Assembly (NCBI GenBank): GCA_900321105.1
Contig: OOHL01000003.1
Location: forward strand, 17,516 to 81,515
Direction: 5' to 3'
Length of the DNA stretch: 64,000 nucleotides
Source: an uncultured Pseudomonadota bacterium
GTDB lineage: Bacteria > Pseudomonadota > Alphaproteobacteria > Rs-D84
Position 1 is the stretch's first letter, and each line of letters starts with the position of its first letter. The notes below the pieces were generated by a model. That model had not been told where the DNA came from and searched no databases. It saw nothing but the letters and a program-made list of their open reading frames with translations. A program made the translations under genes and the position numbers. This document shows positions 9,115 to 19,856 of the stretch, piece by piece.

Positions 9115-10839
9115 ATGAAAAAGATATTAACCTTTTTGTTGGCTATATTTTTTCTGGTGCCTGCATCGGCGATTGAATCTGTGGATGTATTAACGGATGA
9201 TGATGCCGCACGTTATGCACAAATATTTTTATTGCAAGACAAAGAAAAAATAGAAACAGCAAAAAAAGTCGAAGCAAAATTAACAGACAAATCTTTGATG
9301 AACGAAGTTTTATATCAAAGATATACTTCGAAAACTTATCATACACGTGGCGCAGAATTGAAATCGTGGATGGATAAATATTATGATATGCCTGGCGCAG
9401 AAAGATTATATAAAATCGCAAATATAAAACAGGCAACTGTTCGTAAACCTTTGGCACCACACATCATTACCGGCAAAGATTATATTGAAACAGCGCAATC
9501 TGAAAATTGGACTGTGAAACAATATAGTAATTCAACAACTAAAACGATTGATAAATTTAAACGCGCAATTCGTTCGGGGTCTTCAAAAAACGCACGTAAT
9601 ATATTAGAAGATAAATCTTTCAAGGCAAAAATTTCTGATGCGGATTATGGACGATTGGCGGGTCGTTTAGCGTTTTTATATTATACGAACGGCGAATATG
9701 AATTGGCGAAAAAATGGGGTTTTGTTTCATCTGATGCAAATTCAGAATATGGACTTTGGACGATGGGATTACTTTATTTCAAAGAACAAAAATATAATGA
9801 ATCACAGAAATATTTTGGACGCATTTTGGATTTAACACAAATCAACAATGCCCGCAAGACCGAGGCTGCATTTTGGGCTGGTCGTGCCGCTGATATAAAT
9901 GGCAATCGTAGTGACGCAAAAAAATATTGGAAGATTGCTGCGGCATATCCAATGTCTTTTTATGGTGCATTGGCATCGACTATGTTAGGTGATACGCCAG
10001 AATATGAATTTTTTGATCAAGAATGTTCTGATGAAGATATTGTCACTTTGCGTGAAAATAAATATGGTAAAAAGGCATTGGCTTTATTACAAGTCGGACG
10101 CAAGGACAGGGCAGAACAATATTTAAAATATCTGGTGACGGCAAAATCTTCGGATAAATTATTGCACGCTGTTAATGCCGTATCATCACTTTATGGATTG
10201 CCCCAGGTTTCTATTTTGGTATCTGGTGTTATGCGTGATCGTGGTGTATCAGAAATTAATGATGATATTATTTATTCGGCACAATATCCATTGCCTAATT
10301 GGGAACCTTTGGGTGGATGGTCTATTGACAGGGCGCTTTTGTTAGCAATCACAAAACAAGAAAGTGGTTTTAAAACAAATGCAAAATCAAATGCAGGTGC
10401 AAATGGCGTTATGCAAATTATGCCAAGTACGGCCAAAAAGGTTGCGCGTAAAAATGATATAAAAATGTCTGAAATCGATATAAATAATCCTGAACATAAT
10501 ATGTTCCTGGGGCAACAATATATTGTCGATTTATTACAACATCAACTGATTCAAAATAATATTATAAAAATGCTGGTCGCGTATAATGCAGGTATGGGGA
10601 ATCTGGTTAAATTTGAAAAAAGTTTTTCTACATCTGACCCGTTGTTATATATAGAAAGTTTTCCTGCATATGAAACACGCAATTATATAAAGCGTGTTAT
10701 GTCTAATTTGTGGCTTTATCGTGCGCGCCTTAATCAGCCGTTGACGGCATTAAAAGAACTGTCCGGTGGTTCATGGCCATATTACAACAGCGAAGACGAA
10801 TATGTGCAAAACAGAGACACAAAAAATTTGTCGTTATAA
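9115..10839 (+). CDS. Soluble lytic murein transglycosylase (Slt-like, TPR plus SLT domain)
   Basis: Signal peptide; AITKQESGF, GANGVMQIMP, AYNAG and ETRNYIKRV SLT motifs. Confidence 0.9.
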   Translation: MKKILTFLLAIFFLVPASAIESVDVLTDDDAARYAQIFLLQDKEKIETAKKVEAKLTDKSLMNEVLYQRYTSKTYHTRGAELKSWMDKYYDMPGAERLYKIANIKQATVRKPLAPHIITGKDYIETAQSENWTVKQYSNSTTKTIDKFKRAIRSGSSKNARNILEDKSFKAKISDADYGRLAGRLAFLYYTNGEYELAKKWGFVSSDANSEYGLWTMGLLYFKEQKYNESQKYFGRILDLTQINNARKTEAAFWAGRAADINGNRSDAKKYWKIAAAYPMSFYGALASTMLGDTPEYEFFDQECSDEDIVTLRENKYGKKALALLQVGRKDRAEQYLKYLVTAKSSDKLLHAVNAVSSLYGLPQVSILVSGVMRDRGVSEINDDIIYSAQYPLPNWEPLGGWSIDRALLLAITKQESGFKTNAKSNAGANGVMQIMPSTAKKVARKNDIKMSEIDINNPEHNMFLGQQYIVDLLQHQLIQNNIIKMLVAYNAGMGNLVKFEKSFSTSDPLLYIESFPAYETRNYIKRVMSNLWLYRARLNQPLTALKELSGGSWPYYNSEDEYVQNRDTKNLSL

Positions 10840-10842
10840 ATA

Positions 10843-11478
10843 ATGAAAAGTATTCCTGATTTTTCAATTGAAAAAAATATCGGCAAAAAAATTATTGTCG
10901 GTGCAGACGAGGCTGGTCGTGGTCCATTATGTGGACCTGTTGTTGCAGGGGCTGTTGTTTTTAAAAAATATGATTTTGATGATATGCCTTTTATCAGTGA
11001 TTCAAAACAGATGTCTGAAAAACAACGTGATATCGCATACGATTGGATAACAAATAATCCAGACATAATCTGGGGTATCGGTCAATGCAGTGCAGCCGAA
11101 ATTGATGATATGAATATTTTACAAGCATCCCTTGCTGCGATGAAGCGCGCAATATGTGCGCTGGGCATTGTGCCGGATTATTGTTTAATTGATGGAAATA
11201 AAATGCCAAATGATTTAATTGGTGAACCAGTTGTCAAAGGCGATGCAAAATCTTTATCAATTTCGGCTGCATCCGTTATTGCAAAGGTCACGCGTGACAG
11301 AATCATGAAAGATTTAGCAAAAAAATATCCACAATATGATTGGGATAAAAATGCTGGCTATCCAACACAACAACATTTGCAAGCAATCGATAAATATGGT
11401 ATAAATGAACATTATAGAAAGACTTATCGTCCGGTAAAAGAAAGGATTGAAAAAAATGCCGATTCAAAATGTTCGTGA
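10843..11478 (+). CDS. rnhB: Ribonuclease HII
   Basis: GADEAGRGPLCGPVV, DSKQ, LIDGN, KGD, SAASVIAKVTRD. Confidence 0.95.
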   Translation: MKSIPDFSIEKNIGKKIIVGADEAGRGPLCGPVVAGAVVFKKYDFDDMPFISDSKQMSEKQRDIAYDWITNNPDIIWGIGQCSAAEIDDMNILQASLAAMKRAICALGIVPDYCLIDGNKMPNDLIGEPVVKGDAKSLSISAASVIAKVTRDRIMKDLAKKYPQYDWDKNAGYPTQQHLQAIDKYGINEHYRKTYRPVKERIEKNADSKCS

Positions 11479-12622
11479 CATAAATGTTAAATCAAAATAT
11501 GTTTTATTGCGTACAGATTTTAATGTTAAAGTTATCGATGGAAAAATAACAGATACTTTTCGCATAGACGCATCAATACCGACGATAAAGTATTTAACAA
11601 ATAGTGGTGCGCGTGTCGTGATTTGTTCGCATATGGGACGACCAAAAGGTAAATCAGAATCTGATTTGTCTTTGCGCCCAATTGCAGAATATATGAATAT
11701 CCCATTTGTGGAAGATTGTTTGAATAAAGATTTTTTATCAGATATGCACGATGGTGATGTTGTGCTTTTGGAAAACGTGCGTTTCTATATCGGTGAAGAA
11801 GAAAACGATGATTCGTTTGCAAAAAAATTATCAGAAGGTTTTGATGTATATGTAAACGATGCGTTTGCTGTATCACATCGCAGCGCCGCCAGTATTGTCG
11901 GTGTAACAAAATATTTGCAGTCTTTTGCAGGCGATTTATTGATAAAAGAAATTGAAAATATTTCGAAAGTTATGGAACGTCCAACACACCCATTGGTTGC
12001 TTTTGTTGGTGGCGGCAAAGTTTCCACAAAGATAGGCGTATTGAAAAAATTGGTTTCGATTGCTGATAAAATTGTTATTGGTGGCGCAATGGGAACAACT
12101 TTTAATTTTGCGCTGGGATTGCCTGTTGGCGATTCGTTATATGAAGAATCTATGTCAGATGTTGCGCTGGATATAATCAATTTTGCAAAACAAAATAATT
12201 GTGAAGTATTTTTGCCTTTGGATAAAGGTGTCGGAAAAGTCTTTGATAAAAATACTGAAAGAATAAATCGTGATGCAAATGATATTCATGATGATGATGT
12301 AATAATGGATGACGGTGAAAAAACAATTGCACGAAACAAAGAGTTATTACAAGATGTAAAAACTGTAATTTGGAACGGGACATTTGGTTTGGCGGAATGG
12401 GGTGAACCTTGGGGACGTGCATCGTTTGAATTGGCACGCGATTTGGCACATTTTACAAAAATGGGAAAAATAGAAACTGTCGTTGGTGGCGGCGATACAG
12501 TCGCAACATTAAATGCATGCGGCGTATTTAATGATATGACATACGTTTCAACCGGTGGCGGAGCATTTTTGGAATTTATTGAAGGTAAAGAATTACCAGG
12601 TATTGTTGCGTTGGAAAAATGA
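11456..12622 (+). CDS. pgk: Phosphoglycerate kinase
   Basis: RTDFNV, SHMGRP, LLENVRF, YVNDAF, GGGKVSTK, GGGDT, STGGGAFLE; AAGGA SD before ATG 11456. Confidence 0.95.
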   Translation: MPIQNVRDINVKSKYVLLRTDFNVKVIDGKITDTFRIDASIPTIKYLTNSGARVVICSHMGRPKGKSESDLSLRPIAEYMNIPFVEDCLNKDFLSDMHDGDVVLLENVRFYIGEEENDDSFAKKLSEGFDVYVNDAFAVSHRSAASIVGVTKYLQSFAGDLLIKEIENISKVMERPTHPLVAFVGGGKVSTKIGVLKKLVSIADKIVIGGAMGTTFNFALGLPVGDSLYEESMSDVALDIINFAKQNNCEVFLPLDKGVGKVFDKNTERINRDANDIHDDDVIMDDGEKTIARNKELLQDVKTVIWNGTFGLAEWGEPWGRASFELARDLAHFTKMGKIETVVGGGDTVATLNACGVFNDMTYVSTGGGAFLEFIEGKELPGIVALEK

Positions 12623-12633
12623 AAGGATAAAAT

Positions 12634-12894
12634 ATGAAATATATTAAATCGGGCATTTTCACAACAGAACAGTTAAGTATTTCTGAAACAATAACAGAAA
12701 CAAACGATGTTGTTGGTATAGCAAAAGATATTATTGAAAAAATAACAAATGTTCCAGACGATGTAAAAAAGGAATTGGATTTGGCAATAAATAATTTAAA
12801 TCAGGCAAAAGATTATTTGAAACATATTAAAAATAAGTGTGATATAGCGTTGGATTATGTCCCAACAGATATCAAAGAAAAAGAATATTTGTAA
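12634..12894 (+). CDS. Small hypothetical helical protein
   Basis: 86-aa ORF with AAGGA SD directly after pgk. Confidence 0.7.
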   Translation: MKYIKSGIFTTEQLSISETITETNDVVGIAKDIIEKITNVPDDVKKELDLAINNLNQAKDYLKHIKNKCDIALDYVPTDIKEKEYL

Positions 12895-12895
12895 T

Positions 12896-12923
12896 CTTGA
12901 AATCCCGAAAAAAATCCTTATTT
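12896..12923 (+). promoter_or_regulatory. Putative RpoH (sigma32)-type promoter upstream of clpP
   Basis: CTTGAA-14nt-CCTTATTT, similar to the alphaproteobacterial RpoH consensus; precedes heat-shock protease genes. Confidence 0.5.
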
Positions 12924-12991
12924 ATTTACTATAAAATTAGCGAATCGGCTGATTGTATGATATAATTAAGCGTAAAAAAGAGGATTTTATT

Positions 12992-13573
12992 ATGTCGTTA
13001 GTACCTATTGTTATAGAAGAATCTCCAAAAGGTGAACGTTCTTTTGATATTTATTCGCGTCTTTTGCGCGACAGAATTGTTATGATTTCTGGACCAATCG
13101 ATATGGCTATGGCGAATACGGTTGTTGCACAGTTATTGTTTTTGGAATCTGAAAATCCAAATGCTGATATTTCGTTATATTTGAATACACCGGGTGGTGA
13201 AGTTAATGCCGGATGGGCAATTATGGATACAATGCAATATATTAAACCAAATGTTTCGACAATTGGTATGGGATTGGTTGCGTCAATGGGGTCTGTATTG
13301 TTGGCTGCGGGTGCCAAGGGTAAACGTTTTGTTTTACCAAATACAGAAATAATGATTCATCAACCACTTGCTGGAACCCAAGGTCAGGTTACAGATATGG
13401 AAATTCATGTTGCGAATTTTAAACGTACCAAAGAAAGATTAATTAAACAAATGGCTGGATTCACGGGTCGCAAAGAAAAAGAACTTTTTGATGCGATGGA
13501 ACGCGATAATTATATGGATGCAGAAACAGCCAAGAAATTTGGTTTGATTGATGACATTTTAATCAGAAAATAA
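12992..13573 (+). CDS. clpP: ATP-dependent Clp protease proteolytic subunit
   Basis: DIYSRLL, AQLLFLE, NTPGG, ASMGS, IMIHQP, ERDNYM; GAGGA SD before 12992. Confidence 0.96.
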   Translation: MSLVPIVIEESPKGERSFDIYSRLLRDRIVMISGPIDMAMANTVVAQLLFLESENPNADISLYLNTPGGEVNAGWAIMDTMQYIKPNVSTIGMGLVASMGSVLLAAGAKGKRFVLPNTEIMIHQPLAGTQGQVTDMEIHVANFKRTKERLIKQMAGFTGRKEKELFDAMERDNYMDAETAKKFGLIDDILIRK

Positions 13574-13600
13574 TTTGTTTTTAATTCAAGGTTTATAAAA

Positions 13601-14863
13601 ATGAACGACGATAAAACAACAAATACACCCGAAAAAGCGCAACAGTTTTGCAGTTTCTGTGGAAAATCTGTGTATGAAGTGAAAAAATTGGTCAGTGGCA
13701 AAGATGTCTGCATTTGTGATGAATGTATCAATCTGTGTAATGATATTATGGCAGATGATAAAAAATCACAAATTAAACACGAATCTTCATCGTTGCCAAC
13801 ACCATCTGAAATTTATAAATTCTTGAATGAATATGTTATTGGTCAAGACAATGCAAAAAGAACATTGGCTGTGGCGGTATATAATCATTATAAACGTAAC
13901 AGTGCCGCGGTTGCTTCCAATGTAGAAATACAGAAATCCAATATTTTGATGATTGGTTCGACTGGTACTGGTAAAACTTTGTTTGCACAAACTTTGGCAC
14001 GTGTATTAGATGTGCCATTTGCGATTGCCGATGCGACAACTTTAACCGAAGCCGGTTATGTTGGTGATGACGTTGAATCTGTGTTAACACGTTTGTTGCA
14101 AAATGCTAATTTTGATGTTGAGCGCGCACAACGCGGAATTATTTATATCGATGAAATAGATAAAATTTCGCGCAAATCTGAAAACCCTTCATTGACACGC
14201 GATGTGTCTGGCGAAGGTGTTCAACAGGCTTTGTTAAAATTAATTGAAGGAACCGTTGCAAATGTTCCAGCTGGTGGGGCGGGGCGCAAACATCCTGGCG
14301 AAGCGACCGTTCAATTAGATACCAGCAAGATTTTATTTATATGTGGTGGTGCATTTGATGGTTTGAACAAAATCATTGCTGCGCGTTCTGCAGGTCGTGC
14401 TGGAATTGGTTTTGGTGCAAATGTTTCTGATAAAAAAGAACGTGAAGAAAAAGATTATTTAATTGACGTTCAATCAAGTGATTTAGTTCGCTTTGGCATT
14501 ATTCCAGAACTGATTGGTCGTTTACCAATCATCACAACTTTGCAACCTTTGGATGAAAAAGCATTGGTAAAGATTTTAACAGAACCAAAGAATGCAATTG
14601 TTAAACAATATGCGGCAATGTTGGAAATGGATGGAATAAAGTTAAATATCACCAAAGATGGTTTGACTGCTATTGCTAAAATGGCAATAGAAAGAAAAAC
14701 TGGTGCACGTGGTTTGCGTTCAATATTGGAAAAGATTTTATTAAAGCCCATGTTTGATGCACCTGATAAAAAAGATTTACAAGAAATCGTAATAGATGCA
14801 GATGTAGTAAACGGTAAAAAAGAACCAATGGAAATTTACGCAGAAACTAAAAAAGTCGCTTAA
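13601..14863 (+). CDS. clpX: ATP-dependent Clp protease ATP-binding subunit ClpX
   Basis: CSFCGK zinc finger, [39 protein letters not shown] loop, GARGLR. Confidence 0.97.
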   Translation: MNDDKTTNTPEKAQQFCSFCGKSVYEVKKLVSGKDVCICDECINLCNDIMADDKKSQIKHESSSLPTPSEIYKFLNEYVIGQDNAKRTLAVAVYNHYKRNSAAVASNVEIQKSNILMIGSTGTGKTLFAQTLARVLDVPFAIADATTLTEAGYVGDDVESVLTRLLQNANFDVERAQRGIIYIDEIDKISRKSENPSLTRDVSGEGVQQALLKLIEGTVANVPAGGAGRKHPGEATVQLDTSKILFICGGAFDGLNKIIAARSAGRAGIGFGANVSDKKEREEKDYLIDVQSSDLVRFGIIPELIGRLPIITTLQPLDEKALVKILTEPKNAIVKQYAAMLEMDGIKLNITKDGLTAIAKMAIERKTGARGLRSILEKILLKPMFDAPDKKDLQEIVIDADVVNGKKEPMEIYAETKKVA

Positions 14864-14871
14864 TACACAAT

Positions 14872-14905
14872 AAAAAAAACGATAAAATATTTATCGTTTT
14901 TTTTT
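14872..14905. terminator. Bidirectional intrinsic terminator
   Basis: A-tract, CGATAAA-ata-TTTATCG, T-tract between convergent genes. Confidence 0.75.
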
Positions 14906-17222
14906 ATGGTTTACAATATCCCCATAATGCACTGGAACCTGTTTTAATGTAAAAGCTGTTCAATAAATAATCACCAGTAGAATCATGAATACCATCACTG
15001 TTTTTATCTGTCCATGGAATATCAACCCATGTCCCAGATTGGTCAGAACATTCTTGTGATAAAGACAAAACCAGTTGTGTGCGAACCTTTTGCATAACTT
15101 TATCAATATCAGATAACAAAGATTCTGATACTGTATAACTTGTCTTTGACGGTCGACGACAATTCTGAAGCGCATATCTTACAAGTTGTTGATACAAAGA
15201 ACCAATGTAAGACGTCCCACATGTCATATATATATCAGAAGATGATTGCACGGGGGCTAGTTTGCCGCCATAACAAGTATAAGTTTTTGGACATTGTTTG
15301 CATTCCGTTGCACCAGTTGTTGCAAAATAAACTCCTGTGTTGTCTTCATCTGTTTCATCAAACTTATACAAATAATATCCAGGTTTACATTCCTTATATA
15401 TTTTTGTATATCCTATGGAACAATAATCTTGATATGCTGCATGTGAATACGTAGATGTTTGTGCAGTGGTTGTAATCAAAATATCGTTTTGGGAAAAAGG
15501 GTTATATGATGTTTCATTGCATATTTCAACACGTGCATATCGCGATTCCCCTGGAGCATATTTGCGACAACCATAAGGATAAGAATGTGCTGAATCACCA
15601 GTCTGGATAGCACATCTGCTTTCTACAAATGTTGTTAATAAATCATAACACGATTGTTCGATTGTCGCATCTGTGATGCCTGTCATTGCAGCAACTAATG
15701 TTGTAAGACCTTCTTCGCCACCACCATATAAATTACTGCAAGTATTTAATTTATCAGCACACATTTCTTCGGATAATTCCAATGTTTGTCCCAAGTTAAT
15801 TTTTGTATCTGTATCTGAAAAATTTTTTAATTGGTCTGATTGTTTCAGATAACATTCGTTAACAACTTTCAAACATTCATCTTTGACTGTTTTTACTCGT
15901 GCTTGTTGTCCTTGGTATATTTCGACAATTGCTTGTCGTAAGAATTCGTCCCATACATCTTCGGCATCATCACGACATAAATCCAGACTTTTTGATGCAA
16001 AATTACGTTTTTTGTTAAGCATACTTATAAATGATGTGTTTTGGCTGTTTTTTAAAACATCACCTGATAACGATAATTGGTTTTCAATCTGATAAAATTC
16101 AGGCGAATATATTGGTTGTCCAGTTGATATATTCAAATATTTACCAGAAAAATCTAAACAGTGAATATATCCATTTCCACAGGCTGAATCTGCCGTTATA
16201 TCTTTACGAACATTTGCAATACAATCATTTATGCTGGACGAATTGTGTGCATTATAATTTTCGAGACGCGCATCTTGCATTTTATGACGTGTTGATCGTA
16301 TTGATGCATTTGCATTGGTGGTTTTTGTTTGCAGATTATTTTCAAGTAAAGAGCAATCATTTTCAACGTACATGCCGTATGCAGATGCAACCATTTTCAA
16401 ATCAGATGATGCACAAGTTTCTGTGACAAGTTCTGAACATTGGGCATGTACCGCATTGAATAAAGCTTCGCCGGTAAGATTTGCAATGTCTGCACCGCCA
16501 ATCAAATTTGTTGTTGACCAAATAGATTTTATATCACCAGCAATGTCTACATTTCCCTTGGTCGATAGCGATTGAGATTTTGTATTACTAAGCACACCAG
16601 AAATATTTTTCAATGTATTTGCGCTTTCAGACGTATCCTTTTTGATCGCAGATTCACCATCTGTAGCGGATAACATCGCTTTTACTTCTTTGGATGTTTT
16701 TGATATCATGTCGATATTTAAATCTTGAAAGTCTTGTAAACTTTCTGCGGTTTGTGATAAAAGCCTTTCTTTGTTTTGTATATCTTTTAATTTTGAAGAA
16801 CAAACACATCGACGGTACGTTTCGTTTTGCGTAGCGCAAAATTGATCCATACATGTAAAATATGCATCGCGACAAGAATTATAATTTGATCCGAAAGTTC
16901 TTGTTTTTACAGTAGCGGCAGCGCGCGCCAATCTTGAAGCTTGTGTTGCAACCGCAGAACGAACAGCTTGGTGATTTTGTGTCGCACTTCGCCCGGTGAC
17001 AATCTTTGTATTTGGTGTACGTGCGGTTGTCTTTCTGGTGGTGACATCTGCAGATGCGTTACGCGATGTTATAGAACGGCTTGTATTGGTATCTGTTTTT
17101 TGTCGTGTTGATGACGATAGGCGTGATGTTGTTGGTGTTGCAGTATTCTGGGTACGCAAAGCAGCATTGACCCCGTCAACGCATAAAAACAGACCAAGCA
17201 AAACAACAAAAACCTTTCTCAT
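14904..17222 (-). CDS. Secreted cysteine-rich family protein (772 aa) with Arg/Thr/Ser-rich N-terminal region and C-terminal CxPGYY..CxxCP module
   Basis: Signal peptide; CRDAYFTCMDQFC..RRCVCS, GEALFNAVHAQC..YVENDC, DVWDEFL; ECKPGYYL..ECKQCPKTYTCYGG. Confidence 0.9.
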   Translation of the reverse strand: MRKVFVVLLGLFLCVDGVNAALRTQNTATPTTSRLSSSTRQKTDTNTSRSITSRNASADVTTRKTTARTPNTKIVTGRSATQNHQAVRSAVATQASRLARAAATVKTRTFGSNYNSCRDAYFTCMDQFCATQNETYRRCVCSSKLKDIQNKERLLSQTAESLQDFQDLNIDMISKTSKEVKAMLSATDGESAIKKDTSESANTLKNISGVLSNTKSQSLSTKGNVDIAGDIKSIWSTTNLIGGADIANLTGEALFNAVHAQCSELVTETCASSDLKMVASAYGMYVENDCSLLENNLQTKTTNANASIRSTRHKMQDARLENYNAHNSSSINDCIANVRKDITADSACGNGYIHCLDFSGKYLNISTGQPIYSPEFYQIENQLSLSGDVLKNSQNTSFISMLNKKRNFASKSLDLCRDDAEDVWDEFLRQAIVEIYQGQQARVKTVKDECLKVVNECYLKQSDQLKNFSDTDTKINLGQTLELSEEMCADKLNTCSNLYGGGEEGLTTLVAAMTGITDATIEQSCYDLLTTFVESRCAIQTGDSAHSYPYGCRKYAPGESRYARVEICNETSYNPFSQNDILITTTAQTSTYSHAAYQDYCSIGYTKIYKECKPGYYLYKFDETDEDNTGVYFATTGATECKQCPKTYTCYGGKLAPVQSSSDIYMTCGTSYIGSLYQQLVRYALQNCRRPSKTSYTVSESLLSDIDKVMQKVRTQLVLSLSQECSDQSGTWVDIPWTDKNSDGIHDSTGDYLLNSFYIKTGSSALWGYCKP

Positions 17223-17292
17223 CCTGTACTTTTAAATAATAATAACAAAAATAAGATATTTTAAGCAAGGGTATTTTACAAAATTTTGAAAT

Positions 17293-17321
17293 AAAAAAAA
17301 TCCACAAAAGTGGATTTGTTT
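17293..17321 (-). terminator. Intrinsic terminator after infA
   Basis: AATCCAC-aaaa-GTGGATT with a poly-T tail on the minus strand. Confidence 0.7.
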
Positions 17322-17323
17322 CT

Positions 17324-17578
17324 TTATTGATGATTTGGTGCACCATCTGCGGTTGCATGTGTTCGTTCAACAAATGTTATACGACCTTTGTCTAAATCAT
17401 AAGGTGTCATTTCAACATGTACCTTTTCACCAACATTAACCCAAATGCGAGCCTTGCGCATTTTGCCGCACACGGTTGCCAATATCACATGTCCATTTTC
17501 AAGACGAACACGGAACATAGTGTTTGGTAACCTTTCTTCGACTGTACCTGAAAAAACAATTACATCATCTTTTGCCAT
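17324..17578 (-). CDS. infA: Translation initiation factor IF-1
   Basis: [42 protein letters not shown]; start corrected to 17578 (AAGGA SD). Confidence 0.95.
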   Translation of the reverse strand: MAKDDVIVFSGTVEERLPNTMFRVRLENGHVILATVCGKMRKARIWVNVGEKVHVEMTPYDLDKGRITFVERTHATADGAPNHQ

Positions 17579-17705
17579 AAATTTAATCCTTGGTTTTTGA
17601 CCATATAATAATATTAACCATAAAATTAAAAAGCAAGACTTTTTTATATGCTTGCAAGGTTTAATATTTTTTGATAAAATAACATAAAAATGTAGGAATG
17701 TGCAC

Positions 17706-19838
17706 ATGAAAATATTGAGATTTTTACCAATTTTGTTGGTTTTGCCATCTGTCGTGTATGGGGCTTCACGTGGGGATTCAGAGATGCGTGTTGGTATAGT
17801 GCGTGGATCTCAGGCTGCTTCGCGCATATCTGTCGGGGCCGCGGAAGTAAAAGCTGTACGTGAGTCTGCAGAGAAAATACTGCAATCAAATGAAAAAGAT
17901 GGTTCTAAAAAATTACCATCTATTTCAGGATATGCGACCGAAAGTCCTGCGAGTGATTGTCGTGATGCGTATCGTGAATGTATGGATAATTTTTGTTTGT
18001 TGGACGAAAGCCAGGGTGAACGTTGTGCGTGTTCTGATAATATAGAACGTGCAAAAAGCAAAATTCAGGCTGTTCTTGATATCCAGGCAGAAGCAGACAA
18101 ATTGTATACCGAGGGTGTTGAACGTGAACAACTGGGTGCCAAGGCGCGTTTAGTTTTTGCTGATAACACCAGTACCAAGGTTTCAACTGCGAATTTCATG
18201 GCATGGTTGGGCGCCGGAGAAGAAGATGAAGAAGAAGAAGTTGGCGAAGATGTGACGATGGGTGATGATTTGTACCAAATGGCTGTTAAGTATTGTCAGG
18301 CTGAATTAGATGCTTGTGGCAGTAAGGCCGAAATGGAATCCATGCTTTATACGCGCATGATAACCCAAGATTGTAAAAATTATGATGCATATCTGGCAGA
18401 CCAGAAAGCAAATGCGGAATCCAATAAACGTATCGCAGAATCTGCGGTTCGCAAGGCACGTCTTGAAATGTTAGACACGACAAATAAATATAACCGTGGT
18501 GAATGTTTGTTGGCATATCGTTCATGTATCGCAGACAAGGGTGGTTGTGGTTCTAATTTTGAAAACTGTTTAGATGAAAAATTATTACAACGTCGTTCAA
18601 ATGCCTGTGAAAACGTGTTGGATCAATGTATGGCGGTTCGTGATTATGTTGTTAAAGATTGGGCGGCAGAATCTAAAAGTGTTTTGGCAGAAGCAGCAAA
18701 ATATGCGGATAAATATGAACGTGCAACATGTTTGGCAAAGGTGCAACTTTGTTTGGAAGAAGGGTGTTCAACATCAACAAATGCGGAATGTTTAACAGAT
18801 GTAAATGTCGCTGCTGGTGTATGTCCAATTATTACAGAATGTGACGCAAAGATACCAGGCTTCCAGGCTGTTGTAAACGATAAGTTGGGATATTTGCAAA
18901 CAAAGTTCTGTGAAAATGATGTTGATAAATGTCTGCAAGATAAGTGTGGTGTTGATTTTACGAAACCAGAATGTGTTGGTAAAAAACCGTATGAAATCGC
19001 GGCGCTTTGTCCACAGAGTATGTTCCCTTCTTGTAAGACTGCAACACAATTTGATGTGATTGTTCAGGCTGCAATCTTGCAAATGGATTATCAAATGATG
19101 CAGGGCTGTGTGAATTATTTTGGTGAACAACTGGGCAAGGTTTGTGGTACAGATATGGCGTGTTTACCAATTGATACAACTGTTGAATCTTTAATCAATT
19201 TGCCTGATACCGAAGAAGGTTTGGCAGATTTACGTAAAACGGTTGTTGCAAATTCTGATGCATCGGTCGAAGAATTCTTTAAACAATTTGAACAAGATAA
19301 AACTGTGGCTGCTTGTTCGGATTCTCAAAGTGTTGACGCGTCAAAGAAAGTAAAGGGTAAAAACACATTGGGGGTAAGTGTATTTAATACTGCAAAATTA
19401 TTGGCGAAAATGGCAGCAGAAAATCGTAATTTACGCGAACTTGATTCTAAAATTGCAGAATTGGCACGTAAAAAAGAATTAAAAGAAGCAGAACAAATTT
19501 GTTTGAAAACTTATAAACCTGAAAAACCAGATGATTCTAAAACGAATTACAGTTATATAAAAAGTGTTTCGTTTGAACCACAACTTCGTAATTGTCATGT
19601 TTGCAGATTGCAACAGGTGTGCGAAGAAGGTGGCGAATCAAAAGCATCTGCGGCATTGAAAGCTGCGGCTGGTGGTTTGTCGGCTGGCGCATCGACTGGA
19701 ACAATGATAAATGCCGGATGGGGAACCGCAATTGGTGGTATTATAGGTGCGGTTGGTGCCGGTGCATTAGGTGCGGCATCTGGTGGTAAAAAAGAATTCT
19801 GTCAAGAAATCGAATCTTGCGAAGATATAAATATGTAA
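17706..19838 (+). CDS. Secreted cysteine-rich family protein with C-terminal glycine-zipper hairpin
   Basis: Signal peptide; [40 protein letters not shown]; [32 protein letters not shown]; AGGA SD. Confidence 0.9.
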   Translation: MKILRFLPILLVLPSVVYGASRGDSEMRVGIVRGSQAASRISVGAAEVKAVRESAEKILQSNEKDGSKKLPSISGYATESPASDCRDAYRECMDNFCLLDESQGERCACSDNIERAKSKIQAVLDIQAEADKLYTEGVEREQLGAKARLVFADNTSTKVSTANFMAWLGAGEEDEEEEVGEDVTMGDDLYQMAVKYCQAELDACGSKAEMESMLYTRMITQDCKNYDAYLADQKANAESNKRIAESAVRKARLEMLDTTNKYNRGECLLAYRSCIADKGGCGSNFENCLDEKLLQRRSNACENVLDQCMAVRDYVVKDWAAESKSVLAEAAKYADKYERATCLAKVQLCLEEGCSTSTNAECLTDVNVAAGVCPIITECDAKIPGFQAVVNDKLGYLQTKFCENDVDKCLQDKCGVDFTKPECVGKKPYEIAALCPQSMFPSCKTATQFDVIVQAAILQMDYQMMQGCVNYFGEQLGKVCGTDMACLPIDTTVESLINLPDTEEGLADLRKTVVANSDASVEEFFKQFEQDKTVAACSDSQSVDASKKVKGKNTLGVSVFNTAKLLAKMAAENRNLRELDSKIAELARKKELKEAEQICLKTYKPEKPDDSKTNYSYIKSVSFEPQLRNCHVCRLQQVCEEGGESKASAALKAAAGGLSAGASTGTMINAGWGTAIGGIIGAVGAGALGAASGGKKEFCQEIESCEDINM

Positions 19839-19856
19839 AACTTTGGAGAAAATAAA

